Shown here: positions 10,762 to 22,447 of the stretch, piece after piece
Layout: each line of letters opens with the position of its first letter
Position numbering within the stretch: position 1 is the stretch's first letter
Sequence record: PP456879.1
DNA: 64,000 nt
Direction: 5' to 3' (one strand)
Program-made: the position numbers and the translations under genes
Notes under the pieces: model-generated
The model's input: only the letters and a program-made list of their open reading frames with translations
The model's database searches: none
Told to the model about the DNA's origin: nothing

Positions 10762-12330
10762 CTATTCAGTTTCCTTGATTTCACTATCAACTAGTTTCTC
10801 AAGTACGGTGATCCAGATCATCACACATTTAAACAGATCATTACTAGCTTCAGTGGTGCCAGTTAGATAAGCCTTACCAACATTGGTTGCTTCTTTATCA
10901 GTCATCTGTGCAATGATTTCAGCAGTTGACTCTTTAGAGATACCGCGAATATTATTTAGATGATTTAGGAGGTTATGAACTGCTTTTAGCTGAGCCATAA
11001 CAACATTCTTATCAACTAATAGTTCAACAGTAATTCCATAGTTGGGTTTACCCGGTGCATCAAGAATGGAGAAGTCTACCGCAGCTTTGTCTTTACCAAA
11101 GGTATAAACACGATTACCGGGCACAACCGGGCTAGCATATCGGACACCATTAGCATTAATTTTGGTAGCTGTTCCAAACATACCTTTAGCTAAAGCCAGT
11201 GCTTTATCATCAGTTGTTTTTCCAGCTAAGGCTGCTTTAAGAGCACGCAGTCCATTCTTTTCAATGCTGTCAAATAGATTACGGATTACAGTAACCCCCT
11301 GAACAGGGTCTACACCAACCCAACTCTCACCAGTGTCACCTAGTATCAGATCGCGTGGAATTGCGATAGTACGAACTTCATCGGGTAGTTCATTCTCTTT
11401 AACGCGTTTCATGATCTTATTAACGCGTTCTATTTGATTACTGACATTCTGGCGAATACGTTGATAAGTTTCTACAACAATGCGAATTAGCTTCTTAATG
11501 AAATCTAATGCAACAGTAGATACTTCTTTTGCTTTAGCTTGTAGATTATCTAATACTTCAATAGAAGCTTTAGGCCGAGTTAGCGGTGATATAAAGGATT
11601 CCATTGATGGCACAGTGTTATTAAAATATTTATAGTCAAATGACTCTAGCGCGATGCTAATAGCTTTAGCTAGATCATGATCGACATCATGCCCGCGATG
11701 ATGGCGGTTACTAACTAAACCAATATAGTTTTCTAATGCAGTTTGAACAGATTCTACTTTAGTCAGTTCATTTACAATTGTAAACATTTCAACTGATAAT
11801 GATTCTAGATGATCATCTAGTTCACCAGTGATGATATCTTCAGTAGTTTCCAGTAGTGCGGTGGCATCATAGCCATGGTCTAGCTGCTCAGTCTCATTGG
11901 CTTCCATAATAGAAATGTCTTCATTCGATGGGACATCTGCAATTTGGTGTGGTTTTTTGGTACTAACATTAAGATCTTTAGTATCACTTACTTTAGTGAT
12001 CATTTCATCAGCTGTTTCAGTGATTTCGTTTTCAACACGATCACCTTTAGCTACTTGGAATTCTTTTAGCCCTTGACTAACATGAATCTTCTTATCATTG
12101 ATCTTATCAGCAGTTCCATCAACATCTGGACCTTTGCATACGTCAATTGGGGTATTGGTAACGACATTGGTAACTTCATCACATGGATTTACTTTACCAT
12201 CTTCATCATCTTTTAATTGTTCTGGTAATTCTTTACCAACATCAAGATTGACATTCTTATCTTCAGCATCAGAAACGCGCTCAAGACTTGCAAAGAAATC
12301 CATTGCGGGAACTGTTTTTTTCTTAGCCAT
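10762..12330 (-). CDS. Internal head protein with an acidic propeptide (phiKZ gp162-like)
   Basis: 522 aa; acidic N-terminus, multiple S/A-x-E motifs (ASLE, ALE, PSME). Confidence 0.75.
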   Translation of the reverse strand: MAKKKTVPAMDFFASLERVSDAEDKNVNLDVGKELPEQLKDDEDGKVNPCDEVTNVVTNTPIDVCKGPDVDGTADKINDKKIHVSQGLKEFQVAKGDRVENEITETADEMITKVSDTKDLNVSTKKPHQIADVPSNEDISIMEANETEQLDHGYDATALLETTEDIITGELDDHLESLSVEMFTIVNELTKVESVQTALENYIGLVSNRHHRGHDVDHDLAKAISIALESFDYKYFNNTVPSMESFISPLTRPKASIEVLDNLQAKAKEVSTVALDFIKKLIRIVVETYQRIRQNVSNQIERVNKIMKRVKENELPDEVRTIAIPRDLILGDTGESWVGVDPVQGVTVIRNLFDSIEKNGLRALKAALAGKTTDDKALALAKGMFGTATKINANGVRYASPVVPGNRVYTFGKDKAAVDFSILDAPGKPNYGITVELLVDKNVVMAQLKAVHNLLNHLNNIRGISKESTAEIIAQMTDKEATNVGKAYLTGTTEASNDLFKCVMIWITVLEKLVDSEIKETE

Positions 12331-12365
12331 TTTAAAACTCCGGAGTATTAAAGTTCATAAGGTTG

Positions 12366-13025
<660 letters not shown>

Positions 13026-13066
13026 TCATTCAATTGAGCACTATAGTTACTTTAAGACGAAATAAT

Positions 13067-13094
13067 AGCGGATCCACTTTAAAGCAGATCCGCT
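13067..13094. terminator. Intergenic hairpin, possible terminator
   Basis: AGCGGATC-12nt-GATCCGCT. Confidence 0.55.
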
Positions 13095-13099
13095 TTAAA

Positions 13100-13573
13100 T
13101 TAAAATGCTTGACCAGGACAAACCCAAATATAATCACCAGTTGTTTGGCCATTAGGTCTGACTAATATAAATCGTTGTCCAACCGTACCGCGCACAGAAG
13201 CATCTTCAAATGGAAAACCTCTAGGTATAACTAATTTACCATCTTTGTCTTGTGCCCAAAAACTTAATGAGTCCCTAGTCTCTTTGCCATTAATAGGATC
13301 TTTTTCATAGAAACTCAATACGAAAGTAAATCCATTTGGCAATGATGTATTATATTTAATAACAGTGCCAATAAATGTAGGTGTTGTTGGTGATGATACA
13401 TATCCATCTTCTTCTTTAAAGATAATGTTAGTATCAAAATAATCTTTAACATCTAACAGATTATAAATAACATCATCTCCATAAAGAGGGTGTTTCATTT
13501 TTAATGGATATTTATTTATTGTTGTGTAAAATGCACCAGGAATGAAATTATCACATTTTGATGTATCTGCCAT
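13100..13573 (-). CDS. Hypothetical protein
   Basis: 157-aa ORF in an operon with AGGAG SD. Confidence 0.8.
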   Translation of the reverse strand: MADTSKCDNFIPGAFYTTINKYPLKMKHPLYGDDVIYNLLDVKDYFDTNIIFKEEDGYVSSPTTPTFIGTVIKYNTSLPNGFTFVLSFYEKDPINGKETRDSLSFWAQDKDGKLVIPRGFPFEDASVRGTVGQRFILVRPNGQTTGDYIWVCPGQAF

Positions 13574-13576
13574 GAT

Positions 13577-13981
13577 TTACTCCTGTACATCCGTCATTAC
13601 ACGTCCTTCGATAGACCAGTATAATTCATTTTCTAATGAATCATAAACCGTTCTATATTCACATGCCTCACCTTTGTTTAATTGACAGTCAACTTTGAAT
13701 ACACGGTTACCAACTAAACGATTACCATAAGCACGAATCACCAATAATCCATTTGTCTTATTAGCAATAGTAAATACATATTTACCTTTTTTAGTATCAT
13801 AGGCAGTAGCTGGTAAATTTACTATAAATGGACTATCTGAATTATCATTATCAGTATAATTAGGATCTTCAACGATAATGTGCGCATTAAGATAAGTTGA
13901 GTCAATATCAAACTTACGTCCAGTTGCTTTAGACGTGTCAATTACTTTCATAGGTGGGTAGATATAACAGAATTCGCTCAT
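13577..13981 (-). CDS. Hypothetical protein resembling the C-terminal domain of 13978..14928
   Basis: Likely start MSEFC at 13981 (ATGA overlap with the upstream stop). Confidence 0.75.
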   Translation of the reverse strand: MSEFCYIYPPMKVIDTSKATGRKFDIDSTYLNAHIIVEDPNYTDNDNSDSPFIVNLPATAYDTKKGKYVFTIANKTNGLLVIRAYGNRLVGNRVFKVDCQLNKGEACEYRTVYDSLENELYWSIEGRVMTDVQE

Positions 13982-14928
13982 GATTGCATCCACCATGACA
14001 GACCAAGTGTATACATCGCTTTAGTTGTTTCATTATAACAGATAAATCGAGTATAGCCATTATTAGGTAAGAAACCAGTACTTGTATACATTGGCCTAAT
14101 GATACTCTGTTGATAAGCAGTAGCTATATCAACATCTTCATTAGTTAAATTCAGTATTCGATATTCAGCACCAGCCTTAAGTTTCTCGCTATTGCCAGAA
14201 GGTAGTATAACACCTTTAGGTGACTCTGCTATTTGAGCACCATCTGGTTTAGGCATTAGTACCAATAGCCTACCTATAGCTTGATCATAAGGCGGACAAA
14301 TCCAATTACCAAATTTACCTGTTTCATTATCAACTGTAATTGTAAATGGTACAAGCAATTGCGGGAATATCTGATAGCCATCTGTTGGTTCTGGATCAGG
14401 ATCTGGATCTGGGTCAGGCGGATCAGGGTCAACATCACCACCTGAATGTAACCATAGATTTAACCATCCTCTCCACCATAGTGATGAATCAATAGCTTTA
14501 AATAAAAAGTTTGGTTGTTTCTTACCACCGGTATACGTTATATTAGATATTTCTAACCATATGTCACTAGCAGTAAAATTTAATTTAGCTTTATTAGCAA
14601 CATACGCAACTAAAGCTTCGCTATTTTTTAATCCTTGAACAACCGTTACTTCCGATGCTGTCCAATATGGATTTTTAATATAATCATTAACATTAAAACG
14701 ATTATAAAGAAAGTCGTAATAAACAGCACTATTAGTTGCATCTTTTTGAATACGAACAAATGCCCTATTAGGCTCATCGATAGTTGCACTATCCATTACC
14801 ATTACGATAATGGACTTATCTTCAGATAAACCTAAATCCGGATATGCTGTTGTAACTGCTTTGAAGAAACCTATTCGTGGATCTTGTCCACGCGGGTTAT
14901 CCGCCAGATTAAGAGTGAATCTACGCAT
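13978..14928 (-). CDS. Probable virion protein, two domains joined by a Pro-Asp linker
   Basis: 316 aa; N-domain with FLYNRF motif, DPDPPDPDPDPEP linker. Confidence 0.75.
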   Translation of the reverse strand: MRRFTLNLADNPRGQDPRIGFFKAVTTAYPDLGLSEDKSIIVMVMDSATIDEPNRAFVRIQKDATNSAVYYDFLYNRFNVNDYIKNPYWTASEVTVVQGLKNSEALVAYVANKAKLNFTASDIWLEISNITYTGGKKQPNFLFKAIDSSLWWRGWLNLWLHSGGDVDPDPPDPDPDPDPEPTDGYQIFPQLLVPFTITVDNETGKFGNWICPPYDQAIGRLLVLMPKPDGAQIAESPKGVILPSGNSEKLKAGAEYRILNLTNEDVDIATAYQQSIIRPMYTSTGFLPNNGYTRFICYNETTKAMYTLGLSWWMQS

Positions 14929-14952
14929 TGCGCCACCTTTAGATTAATATAA

Positions 14953-14972
14953 GAGAGGGCCTTTGCCCTCTC
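14953..14972 (-). terminator. Hairpin terminator
   Basis: GAGAGGGC-cttt-GCCCTCTC after the stop of 14984..16321. Confidence 0.75.
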
Positions 14973-14983
14973 TCATTTATGCA

Positions 14984-16324
<1,341 letters not shown>

Positions 16325-16499
16325 TTAATCCTCATAATTAGAGCGCGATGGGTTTCCATCTATAAAATCAGTCTGTTCTAGTTGTGTTAAAATAAAAAGT
16401 CTGGTATTATGAGCTTTACGTAATACCCTTGTAACAGTCTATTGATAGAAATGCCAATACTGGCTTTTATGGGTAGGCATAGTACTAACAGAGGTCATC

Positions 16500-16790
16500 A
16501 TGCTCGGTTTGACTATTAAAGCCTTGCTCTTCGTTTGGCCATTCCTTAAGAGGGCTATCTTTGGTGATAGAACAATTAAGGAAGTGTTGCTGGAAAACAA
16601 ACATGTCACGGCAATGTTAATCCTAGTTGTAATATTACTAGGTACCTTATTCATAGTGACTAGTGAGTTGAAGTCAGTTAAAGCAAGCAACTGGGCCGTT
16701 AAAGCCGAAATGGATCGACTCAAGAAAATGACGCCTGAGAAGGCTGAAATGCTTGAGCGCCGCCGTCGTTTAAATGACTTGCTAAAGTAA
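16500..16790 (+). CDS. Inner-membrane protein with a C-terminal coiled coil (i-spanin-like)
   Basis: TM segment VTAMLILVVILLGTLFIV followed by a heptad-rich charged helix; GAGG SD. Confidence 0.7.
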   Translation: MLGLTIKALLFVWPFLKRAIFGDRTIKEVLLENKHVTAMLILVVILLGTLFIVTSELKSVKASNWAVKAEMDRLKKMTPEKAEMLERRRRLNDLLK

Positions 16791-16810
16791 GTACCAAATT
16801 GGTGGATCAC

Positions 16811-17212
16811 ATGTCAAGAAAGTTCTTTCTAATACTCCTACCACTTATCAGTGGCTGTGTTTATACGCCACATGAGTACCACACGCACAACACGACTGTG
16901 GTCCAATATGAGCACTCCTCTTCTACAGATGATCATACATCTGTTGTTACAACTAAAGAAGAGGTAATACAAAAAGTTCTGCCTACACCTAAAAAATATA
17001 GTAAGGATACTAGTAAGAAGTGTATGGTTTTCGAACTACCAAGAAAGAAACCGGTACCGCCAACACCGATTATTACAGAGTTTATAGAAACTCCGGAACA
17101 AATCGATATCTTGTTGACTGACTATATAAAAGAATTAAAGTCACATATTGTATCTGAGCGCGCTAAAATTGAGCAAGCATATGAAGAATGGCGTGCAAAG
17201 TGTGATGAGTAA
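16811..17212 (+). CDS. Lipoprotein (o-spanin-like)
   Basis: Signal peptide MSRKFFLILLPLISG-C lipobox; Pro-rich then helical C-terminus; start 16811 with GGTGGA SD. Confidence 0.75.
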   Translation: MSRKFFLILLPLISGCVYTPHEYHTHNTTVVQYEHSSSTDDHTSVVTTKEEVIQKVLPTPKKYSKDTSKKCMVFELPRKKPVPPTPIITEFIETPEQIDILLTDYIKELKSHIVSERAKIEQAYEEWRAKCDE

Positions 17213-17267
17213 TTTACTTGCTAGAATTATTATCTAGTTTAGTAATCGATCACATGAGGAAACAATA

Positions 17268-18716
17268 ATGTCAGACGGTATGGTTTTATACACTGACGGA
17301 TCATTCCGACAGGGTAAAGCTGGTTGGGGTATTCATGGTTATACCTATGAAAATGTTGCAATGAAATCTAAAGCAGCCACCAAACAGCAACCAACAGCTA
17401 AGGGATACTTAGATGTAGGTGCAGATGAGACATGCACTGTTTTAAATTATATTGATGCATTTGGTAGTGTAACTAATAACCCTACTAATAATACAGGTGA
17501 GCTAACCGCTGCAATTGAGGCTTTCAAAATAGCTCATGAAGCAGATGCTCCTAGACTAACGATGCTCATGGATAGTGAATACGTTAGAAAAGGTATGACC
17601 GCATATTTACCCAAATGGATTAAGTCTAATTGGATTAAATCAGACGGCACGCCGGTAGCAAACCAGGACCTATGGAAACAGATGGTCGAACTAAAAGCTA
17701 AATGGGAAGAAACTAATAAACCATTAAGCATCCAATGGGTCCGTGGACATAACGGAGACATTGGTAATGAAAAAGCTGATGCTAACGCTAAGCTTGGTTC
17801 GGGACAGAATAATGATAAGCCAGTGATGGTTTCGGTTAAAGGCGAGGAAATTAACAAACTTAAAAAACAAGTTGTTAATCCACTTATCCTCGAAAGTAGG
17901 TTACTCTTCGCCATTAACTCTGGAGAAGAACCAGATGGGTTCTATTACACCTATAACTTAGGTCGTATGCATAACTATGGTCATAAACCAAAAGACACTG
18001 CTAAAGATAAATTAGCTAAAGCTGATTTAATTTTAGGGCGTCGTATCTCTGAAGCAACCTTCAGTGTATATAAGGCAAATGAACCAGATGAGTATCTCCA
18101 GTTACTAATTAATATGCATACAGAAGCACTGGGTACTGAAAATCCAGAACTGGGTATCATCAATTTGGCAAACGCATATCGTGCAACCATTCGACAGAAA
18201 ATTGAATCCATGGGGCTACCTGCTCTAGTCGTATGGAAAGATATCAATGTTTTGTCGACGCCAACAGATGAACTCATTAGTCGGACTCTTAATCCACCAC
18301 GTATGGCAAATGATGCTGTAGCTACATTTAATGTTATGCGCAGTCGTCTTGAAGATTACTTGGCTGGTAAACTTGGAGAGTCGGTTGGTATTATTGATAT
18401 TACCGAGCACTTCTTCGAGGAAGTCGCAAAGGGTAAGAAAGTTGGCTATCAACTACTTAAGACGATTACATCTAATACAGGCTTTGTAGAAGTTCCGATC
18501 ACATTTAAAGATCGTAAGATAAAATTAAAGCTTGTATTAAATATCGATATTCCAAGTAGAAACCAATTAGCTCGTATTGGAGCTAATAAAGTTAAAATGG
18601 AAATTCTTGTAGTAGCTGAAGGCCCATATTCTTATTCATATTCAATTGTGTTCGTGACGGATGATGGTTCAGCTATCTATCAATCACCCTATACACAATT
18701 TATTCTCCCAAAATAG
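17268..18716 (+). CDS. rnhA: RNase HI with a long C-terminal extension (phiKZ gp155-like)
   Basis: YTDGS, NNTGELTA, DSEY, WVRGH, GNEKAD catalytic motifs. Confidence 0.92.
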   Translation: MSDGMVLYTDGSFRQGKAGWGIHGYTYENVAMKSKAATKQQPTAKGYLDVGADETCTVLNYIDAFGSVTNNPTNNTGELTAAIEAFKIAHEADAPRLTMLMDSEYVRKGMTAYLPKWIKSNWIKSDGTPVANQDLWKQMVELKAKWEETNKPLSIQWVRGHNGDIGNEKADANAKLGSGQNNDKPVMVSVKGEEINKLKKQVVNPLILESRLLFAINSGEEPDGFYYTYNLGRMHNYGHKPKDTAKDKLAKADLILGRRISEATFSVYKANEPDEYLQLLINMHTEALGTENPELGIINLANAYRATIRQKIESMGLPALVVWKDINVLSTPTDELISRTLNPPRMANDAVATFNVMRSRLEDYLAGKLGESVGIIDITEHFFEEVAKGKKVGYQLLKTITSNTGFVEVPITFKDRKIKLKLVLNIDIPSRNQLARIGANKVKMEILVVAEGPYSYSYSIVFVTDDGSAIYQSPYTQFILPK

Positions 18717-18726
18717 TGGGTATTCC

Positions 18727-19146
18727 ATGAACCTTATTAGCAGATTCAAAAAGTCGGTTAAGAATGGTTTCAGGGCAATTTGGATTAAGCTCTGGGACTA
18801 TGCTGATCCCGAACTAAAGCGGATGTGCGTCATGGCGTCACTGTACTCCGTTATAGTACAGTGTAAGACAAATGAGTGTGAAAAGATCTCTCATTTGAAT
18901 TCTAACATGAAACTAGTACGCGATGAAGCTGCCTTACGACTCCCAATTCATTATGGGCCGTACGTATGGAAAGGCGTGATAGCAATCGATAAGATTGATA
19001 AAGCAGATCTAACCACTGATCAATTTTTCATGAGGCTTATTCGTAAGACTCCGTGTTGGATGAAATATGCTGATGATGCAACTTTTTTAAAGGATTTGAA
19101 AACTCTCTTTAAATTAAGTTTACATGAGAAGTGTATTCCAAATTGA
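18727..19146 (+). CDS. Hypothetical protein (~139 aa)
   Basis: Track ORF 18661..19146; likely start MNLISRF just after the RNase H stop. Confidence 0.75.
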   Translation: MNLISRFKKSVKNGFRAIWIKLWDYADPELKRMCVMASLYSVIVQCKTNECEKISHLNSNMKLVRDEAALRLPIHYGPYVWKGVIAIDKIDKADLTTDQFFMRLIRKTPCWMKYADDATFLKDLKTLFKLSLHEKCIPN

Positions 19147-19155
19147 TTGGTACGA

Positions 19156-19189
19156 CATAATGCCCTCTCCTTTTGGGAGAGGGCTTATG
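19156..19189. terminator. Bidirectional hairpin terminator
   Basis: CATAATGCCCTCTCC-ttttg-GGAGAGGGCTTATG. Confidence 0.85.
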
Positions 19190-19192
19190 CTG

Positions 19193-20107
19193 TTATCCAA
19201 TGATTTCACGAAGAATATCTTCAGTGGCTTTCATTGTGTTCGCAGTCTCAACAATCTTAGTAAAGAGTGTTGAATAACGTTCAACATGGTCTGCTGCCCA
19301 TGTAACCCCTTCAATTAATGTCTGTAATAGCTCTGGAGAGGTGTCAGAGTTACTATCCTTAACATCCTCCATAAAGCTATCAATTAATTGACTAAGCGCT
19401 TCTGAAGCACGTTTTACATCATTTGGACGAACCCGTGATAAAATGCTACGAATATCGTTCATTTTCTTTGTTGCGTCAACAAATGAATTTAATGATGGGT
19501 AAAGCTTACCAAACTCAGCTGTACTTGACCGGTTGTCACTGTCATAGAAAGAAGCATCTTTAGCAAGATCATTGATCGATGCCATTGCAAATGAATTAGC
19601 AAAGCCACGCTTATCCATTCGATCAGCACGCTGTTGTAGATAATATCCAAGTTGTGCTTTAACCGGGTCTAATACCGCTGGAATAATAGTGGCCATTTCC
19701 TTAGCTTCTGTTAATAGATAATCAACATAGTCTGGAATCTCACCATTAAAACCAACTGGTTGTGGCACGATTGTATTTGCTACTTCTAAATAATCAATGT
19801 GTGAAACTAAATGGCGCATCTGCGCTGGATGGAACTCAGGAATAATTTGATTACTCCAGTTAGTCATCGACGTAAATGCATTACGAGCAGCGATAGCAAA
19901 ATTAGCACCGCGTTTATTGATAATGTTAATAGCGTTTGTTGCGAAATTAGCTTCTTGAGAAATAGTCTCAGTAATATCTACAAGCTGTTGTTTTGGATCA
20001 ACTTGTACTAAACTAATATCATCATTAACAATATTGTCAGATTCAATTAGATCCTGACAATCATTTTCTAGTGAAATACTTTTAGCGTATTTATGGATGT
20101 TAAACAT
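19193..20107 (-). CDS. Virion head protein (phiKZ gp153-like)
   Basis: 304 aa; N-terminal SISLE protease-type motif; synteny. Confidence 0.6.
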   Translation of the reverse strand: MFNIHKYAKSISLENDCQDLIESDNIVNDDISLVQVDPKQQLVDITETISQEANFATNAINIINKRGANFAIAARNAFTSMTNWSNQIIPEFHPAQMRHLVSHIDYLEVANTIVPQPVGFNGEIPDYVDYLLTEAKEMATIIPAVLDPVKAQLGYYLQQRADRMDKRGFANSFAMASINDLAKDASFYDSDNRSSTAEFGKLYPSLNSFVDATKKMNDIRSILSRVRPNDVKRASEALSQLIDSFMEDVKDSNSDTSPELLQTLIEGVTWAADHVERYSTLFTKIVETANTMKATEDILREIIG

Positions 20108-20204
20108 GTCTTAATTTCCTTGCGCAAGGATTGTTGAATATGTAGACATAAAATTACTCTCCAAATCAATTAATTGACTGTTTAACTTAAAAAATGGAGT
20201 CAAC

Positions 20205-21644
20205 ATGTTTGGTAAACATTTCGAACGTCCAGCTTTCCGACCGGCTCTTAACATCGGATGCCTTATGGACATTTCAACTGGTAAGTATGAACAAGGTAAG
20301 CATGGTGAAATGATTCTAAATGGTGGTATGGGATCACTAACTGGCATTGCTTCACGACCTAACAATTTTAAAACTGCATTAGGTATCTACCTCATGGCAA
20401 TGATGCGCCGTGCTTTCCCCGGTGCACATGCAATGACTTACGATACAGAAGGTACATTAAACCCAGGTGCTCGATTTACATCTTTAGCACAAGCTTATCC
20501 TGAGCTAGCTGCTATCGATTGGGAAAATGATGAGCAATACATGTTTACTGACTTATCTCGTTATACTGGGGATGAGTGGTTCAAAATCTTCCGAGATGCA
20601 TTATCTGAAAAAGAGAAAGCTGAAAAAGATTATCTACGCACTACCCCATTTCTTGATGTGAATGGTAACAATAAGAAAGCACTGTACCCAACTGGTGGAT
20701 TCATTGATAGTTTCTCAAAGTTCATTGTCTCAGCTGTGTCTGAAATGTATGCTAAAAATGCTATCGGTGATTCTAAAGTAAACACTGATGCGATGACTAA
20801 TGGTAAAGCCAAGAATCAGTTATTTAACCAACTGCCGCAGATCTGTGCTAAAACCAGTACATACATGATTCTCACTGCACACGTTGGAGATATTATTCAA
20901 ATTGAGATGTACCCTACTGATAAACGTAATCTATCGCATATGAAGAAGGATACGGTTCTTAAAGGGGTATCAGGTGGTTTCTACTCTCTGCCGAATAATG
21001 TGTTTTCTATTGAATCTAATAAACCGTTAGTCAATAAAGAAAAAATGCCTTTATATCCAATTGACAATTCAACTGCTATTGAAGGCGATACAGATCTACG
21101 TATTCTAGAAGTTATTAACTTACGTGGTAAAGGTGGAATTACTGGTCTACCATTCCATCTCATTGTTTCACAGACTGAAGGTATTCTTCCATCACTATCG
21201 GAATTCCATTATTGCCGTGAAAATGATTGGGGGATTGGTGGTAATAACATTAACTACTTCGTTGAGCTATGTCCTGATATCAAACTAAGCCGAACCACTG
21301 TTCGTAAGAAATTGATGGATAACCCTGCTCTACAACGAGCTGTTGAAATCCAATCTGAAATGCTACAATTAATTCAATTCCAACGTTGGAATCTTGGAGA
21401 TTATGTAGTAACTCCAGCCGAACTATATGCTGATCTTAAAGTAATGGGTTATGATTGGAATATTATTCTTAATAATACCCGTGGCTATTGGATGTTCGAA
21501 GAAGACGAACAATTTAGTGATAAAAAATTCCTATCCACGTATGACCTACTACGCATGCGTAAAAGTGAATATAAACCATACTGGATGACTGACGAAGAAA
21601 AAGCTAAAATTGTACCTCTTGAACTAGCTAAAGCAAAAGCTTAA
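20205..21644 (+). CDS. uvsX: UvsX/RecA-like recombinase (phiKZ gp152-like)
   Basis: Variant Walker A SRPNNFKT, YDTEG, Walker B FIDSFS, ILTAH; RecA-fold motif order. Confidence 0.85.
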   Translation: MFGKHFERPAFRPALNIGCLMDISTGKYEQGKHGEMILNGGMGSLTGIASRPNNFKTALGIYLMAMMRRAFPGAHAMTYDTEGTLNPGARFTSLAQAYPELAAIDWENDEQYMFTDLSRYTGDEWFKIFRDALSEKEKAEKDYLRTTPFLDVNGNNKKALYPTGGFIDSFSKFIVSAVSEMYAKNAIGDSKVNTDAMTNGKAKNQLFNQLPQICAKTSTYMILTAHVGDIIQIEMYPTDKRNLSHMKKDTVLKGVSGGFYSLPNNVFSIESNKPLVNKEKMPLYPIDNSTAIEGDTDLRILEVINLRGKGGITGLPFHLIVSQTEGILPSLSEFHYCRENDWGIGGNNINYFVELCPDIKLSRTTVRKKLMDNPALQRAVEIQSEMLQLIQFQRWNLGDYVVTPAELYADLKVMGYDWNIILNNTRGYWMFEEDEQFSDKKFLSTYDLLRMRKSEYKPYWMTDEEKAKIVPLELAKAKA

Positions 21645-21675
21645 TGTTAGTATAGATGTTATCGCCAGTTTTAAA

Positions 21676-21706
21676 ATAACTAGGGGTCAATAAGATCCCT
21701 AGTTAT
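21676..21706 (+). terminator. Hairpin terminator
   Basis: ATAACTAGGG...CCCTAGTTAT after uvsX. Confidence 0.7.
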
Positions 21707-21720
21707 GTCAGGTTTGGTAT

Positions 21721-22071
21721 ATGAATGTTTACACTTATCAGATAGCTAAATATAAGTTAGTTATAGAGAAAGGAATAAAACCGCTAGACATAACTGTTAA
21801 ATCAGGTGCATATCAACTCGCACCTACGTGGTTAATGGTTATGGGACATAAGAAAGGAATTATATCAAGTGATGAATACACTGAAGCATATCTCAGTATG
21901 TTAGAGCAATCATTGATTGATAATCCAGAATTCTTTAAATGGTTCTTCCAATTAGAGGAAGTAGCATTAGGTTGTTATTGTCGCGCTGGTAATTTCTGTC
22001 ACCGGCATTTATTAGTAGAATGGCTTGAAACAAAAACAGAGGTCATTTACTGTGGTGAGATATCAAAGTAA
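21721..22071 (+). CDS. DUF488-family protein
   Basis: APTW...Y...Y, then LGCYC...FCHRHLL signature. Confidence 0.75.
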   Translation: MNVYTYQIAKYKLVIEKGIKPLDITVKSGAYQLAPTWLMVMGHKKGIISSDEYTEAYLSMLEQSLIDNPEFFKWFFQLEEVALGCYCRAGNFCHRHLLVEWLETKTEVIYCGEISK

Positions 22072-22094
22072 AATAAAGACCCTAAGGAACTATA

Positions 22095-22415
22095 ATGAAA
22101 ACTACAGAAGATTATCGTTTAACACTTTGTCAACGTCTACGAATGTTTGATGTTGAACTATCAGAAGATCTATTACGTCGATTACCAGTGTGTACAGACG
22201 TACCCACTTTATCAGCTTGCTTTCAGCAACTATTAGCTCAATACCCTAGTCAGACATTGACAGCTAGAACCACCATTGATGATTCAGTCACCTTTGAAGT
22301 ATGGTATGCTAATTTTCTAGCCAACATATTACCAATTCTTAAGAGGCACAGGTTACCTCCATGTACTGACCAGAATTCAATACCTGTCTATCAAGGGGTA
22401 TCTCGCTCAAGCTAA
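22095..22415 (+). CDS. Hypothetical protein
   Basis: 106-aa ORF, AAGGA SD. Confidence 0.75.
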   Translation: MKTTEDYRLTLCQRLRMFDVELSEDLLRRLPVCTDVPTLSACFQQLLAQYPSQTLTARTTIDDSVTFEVWYANFLANILPILKRHRLPPCTDQNSIPVYQGVSRSS

Positions 22416-22447
22416 TGGTATGTTAAACAACCTTAAAGGAAATTACC

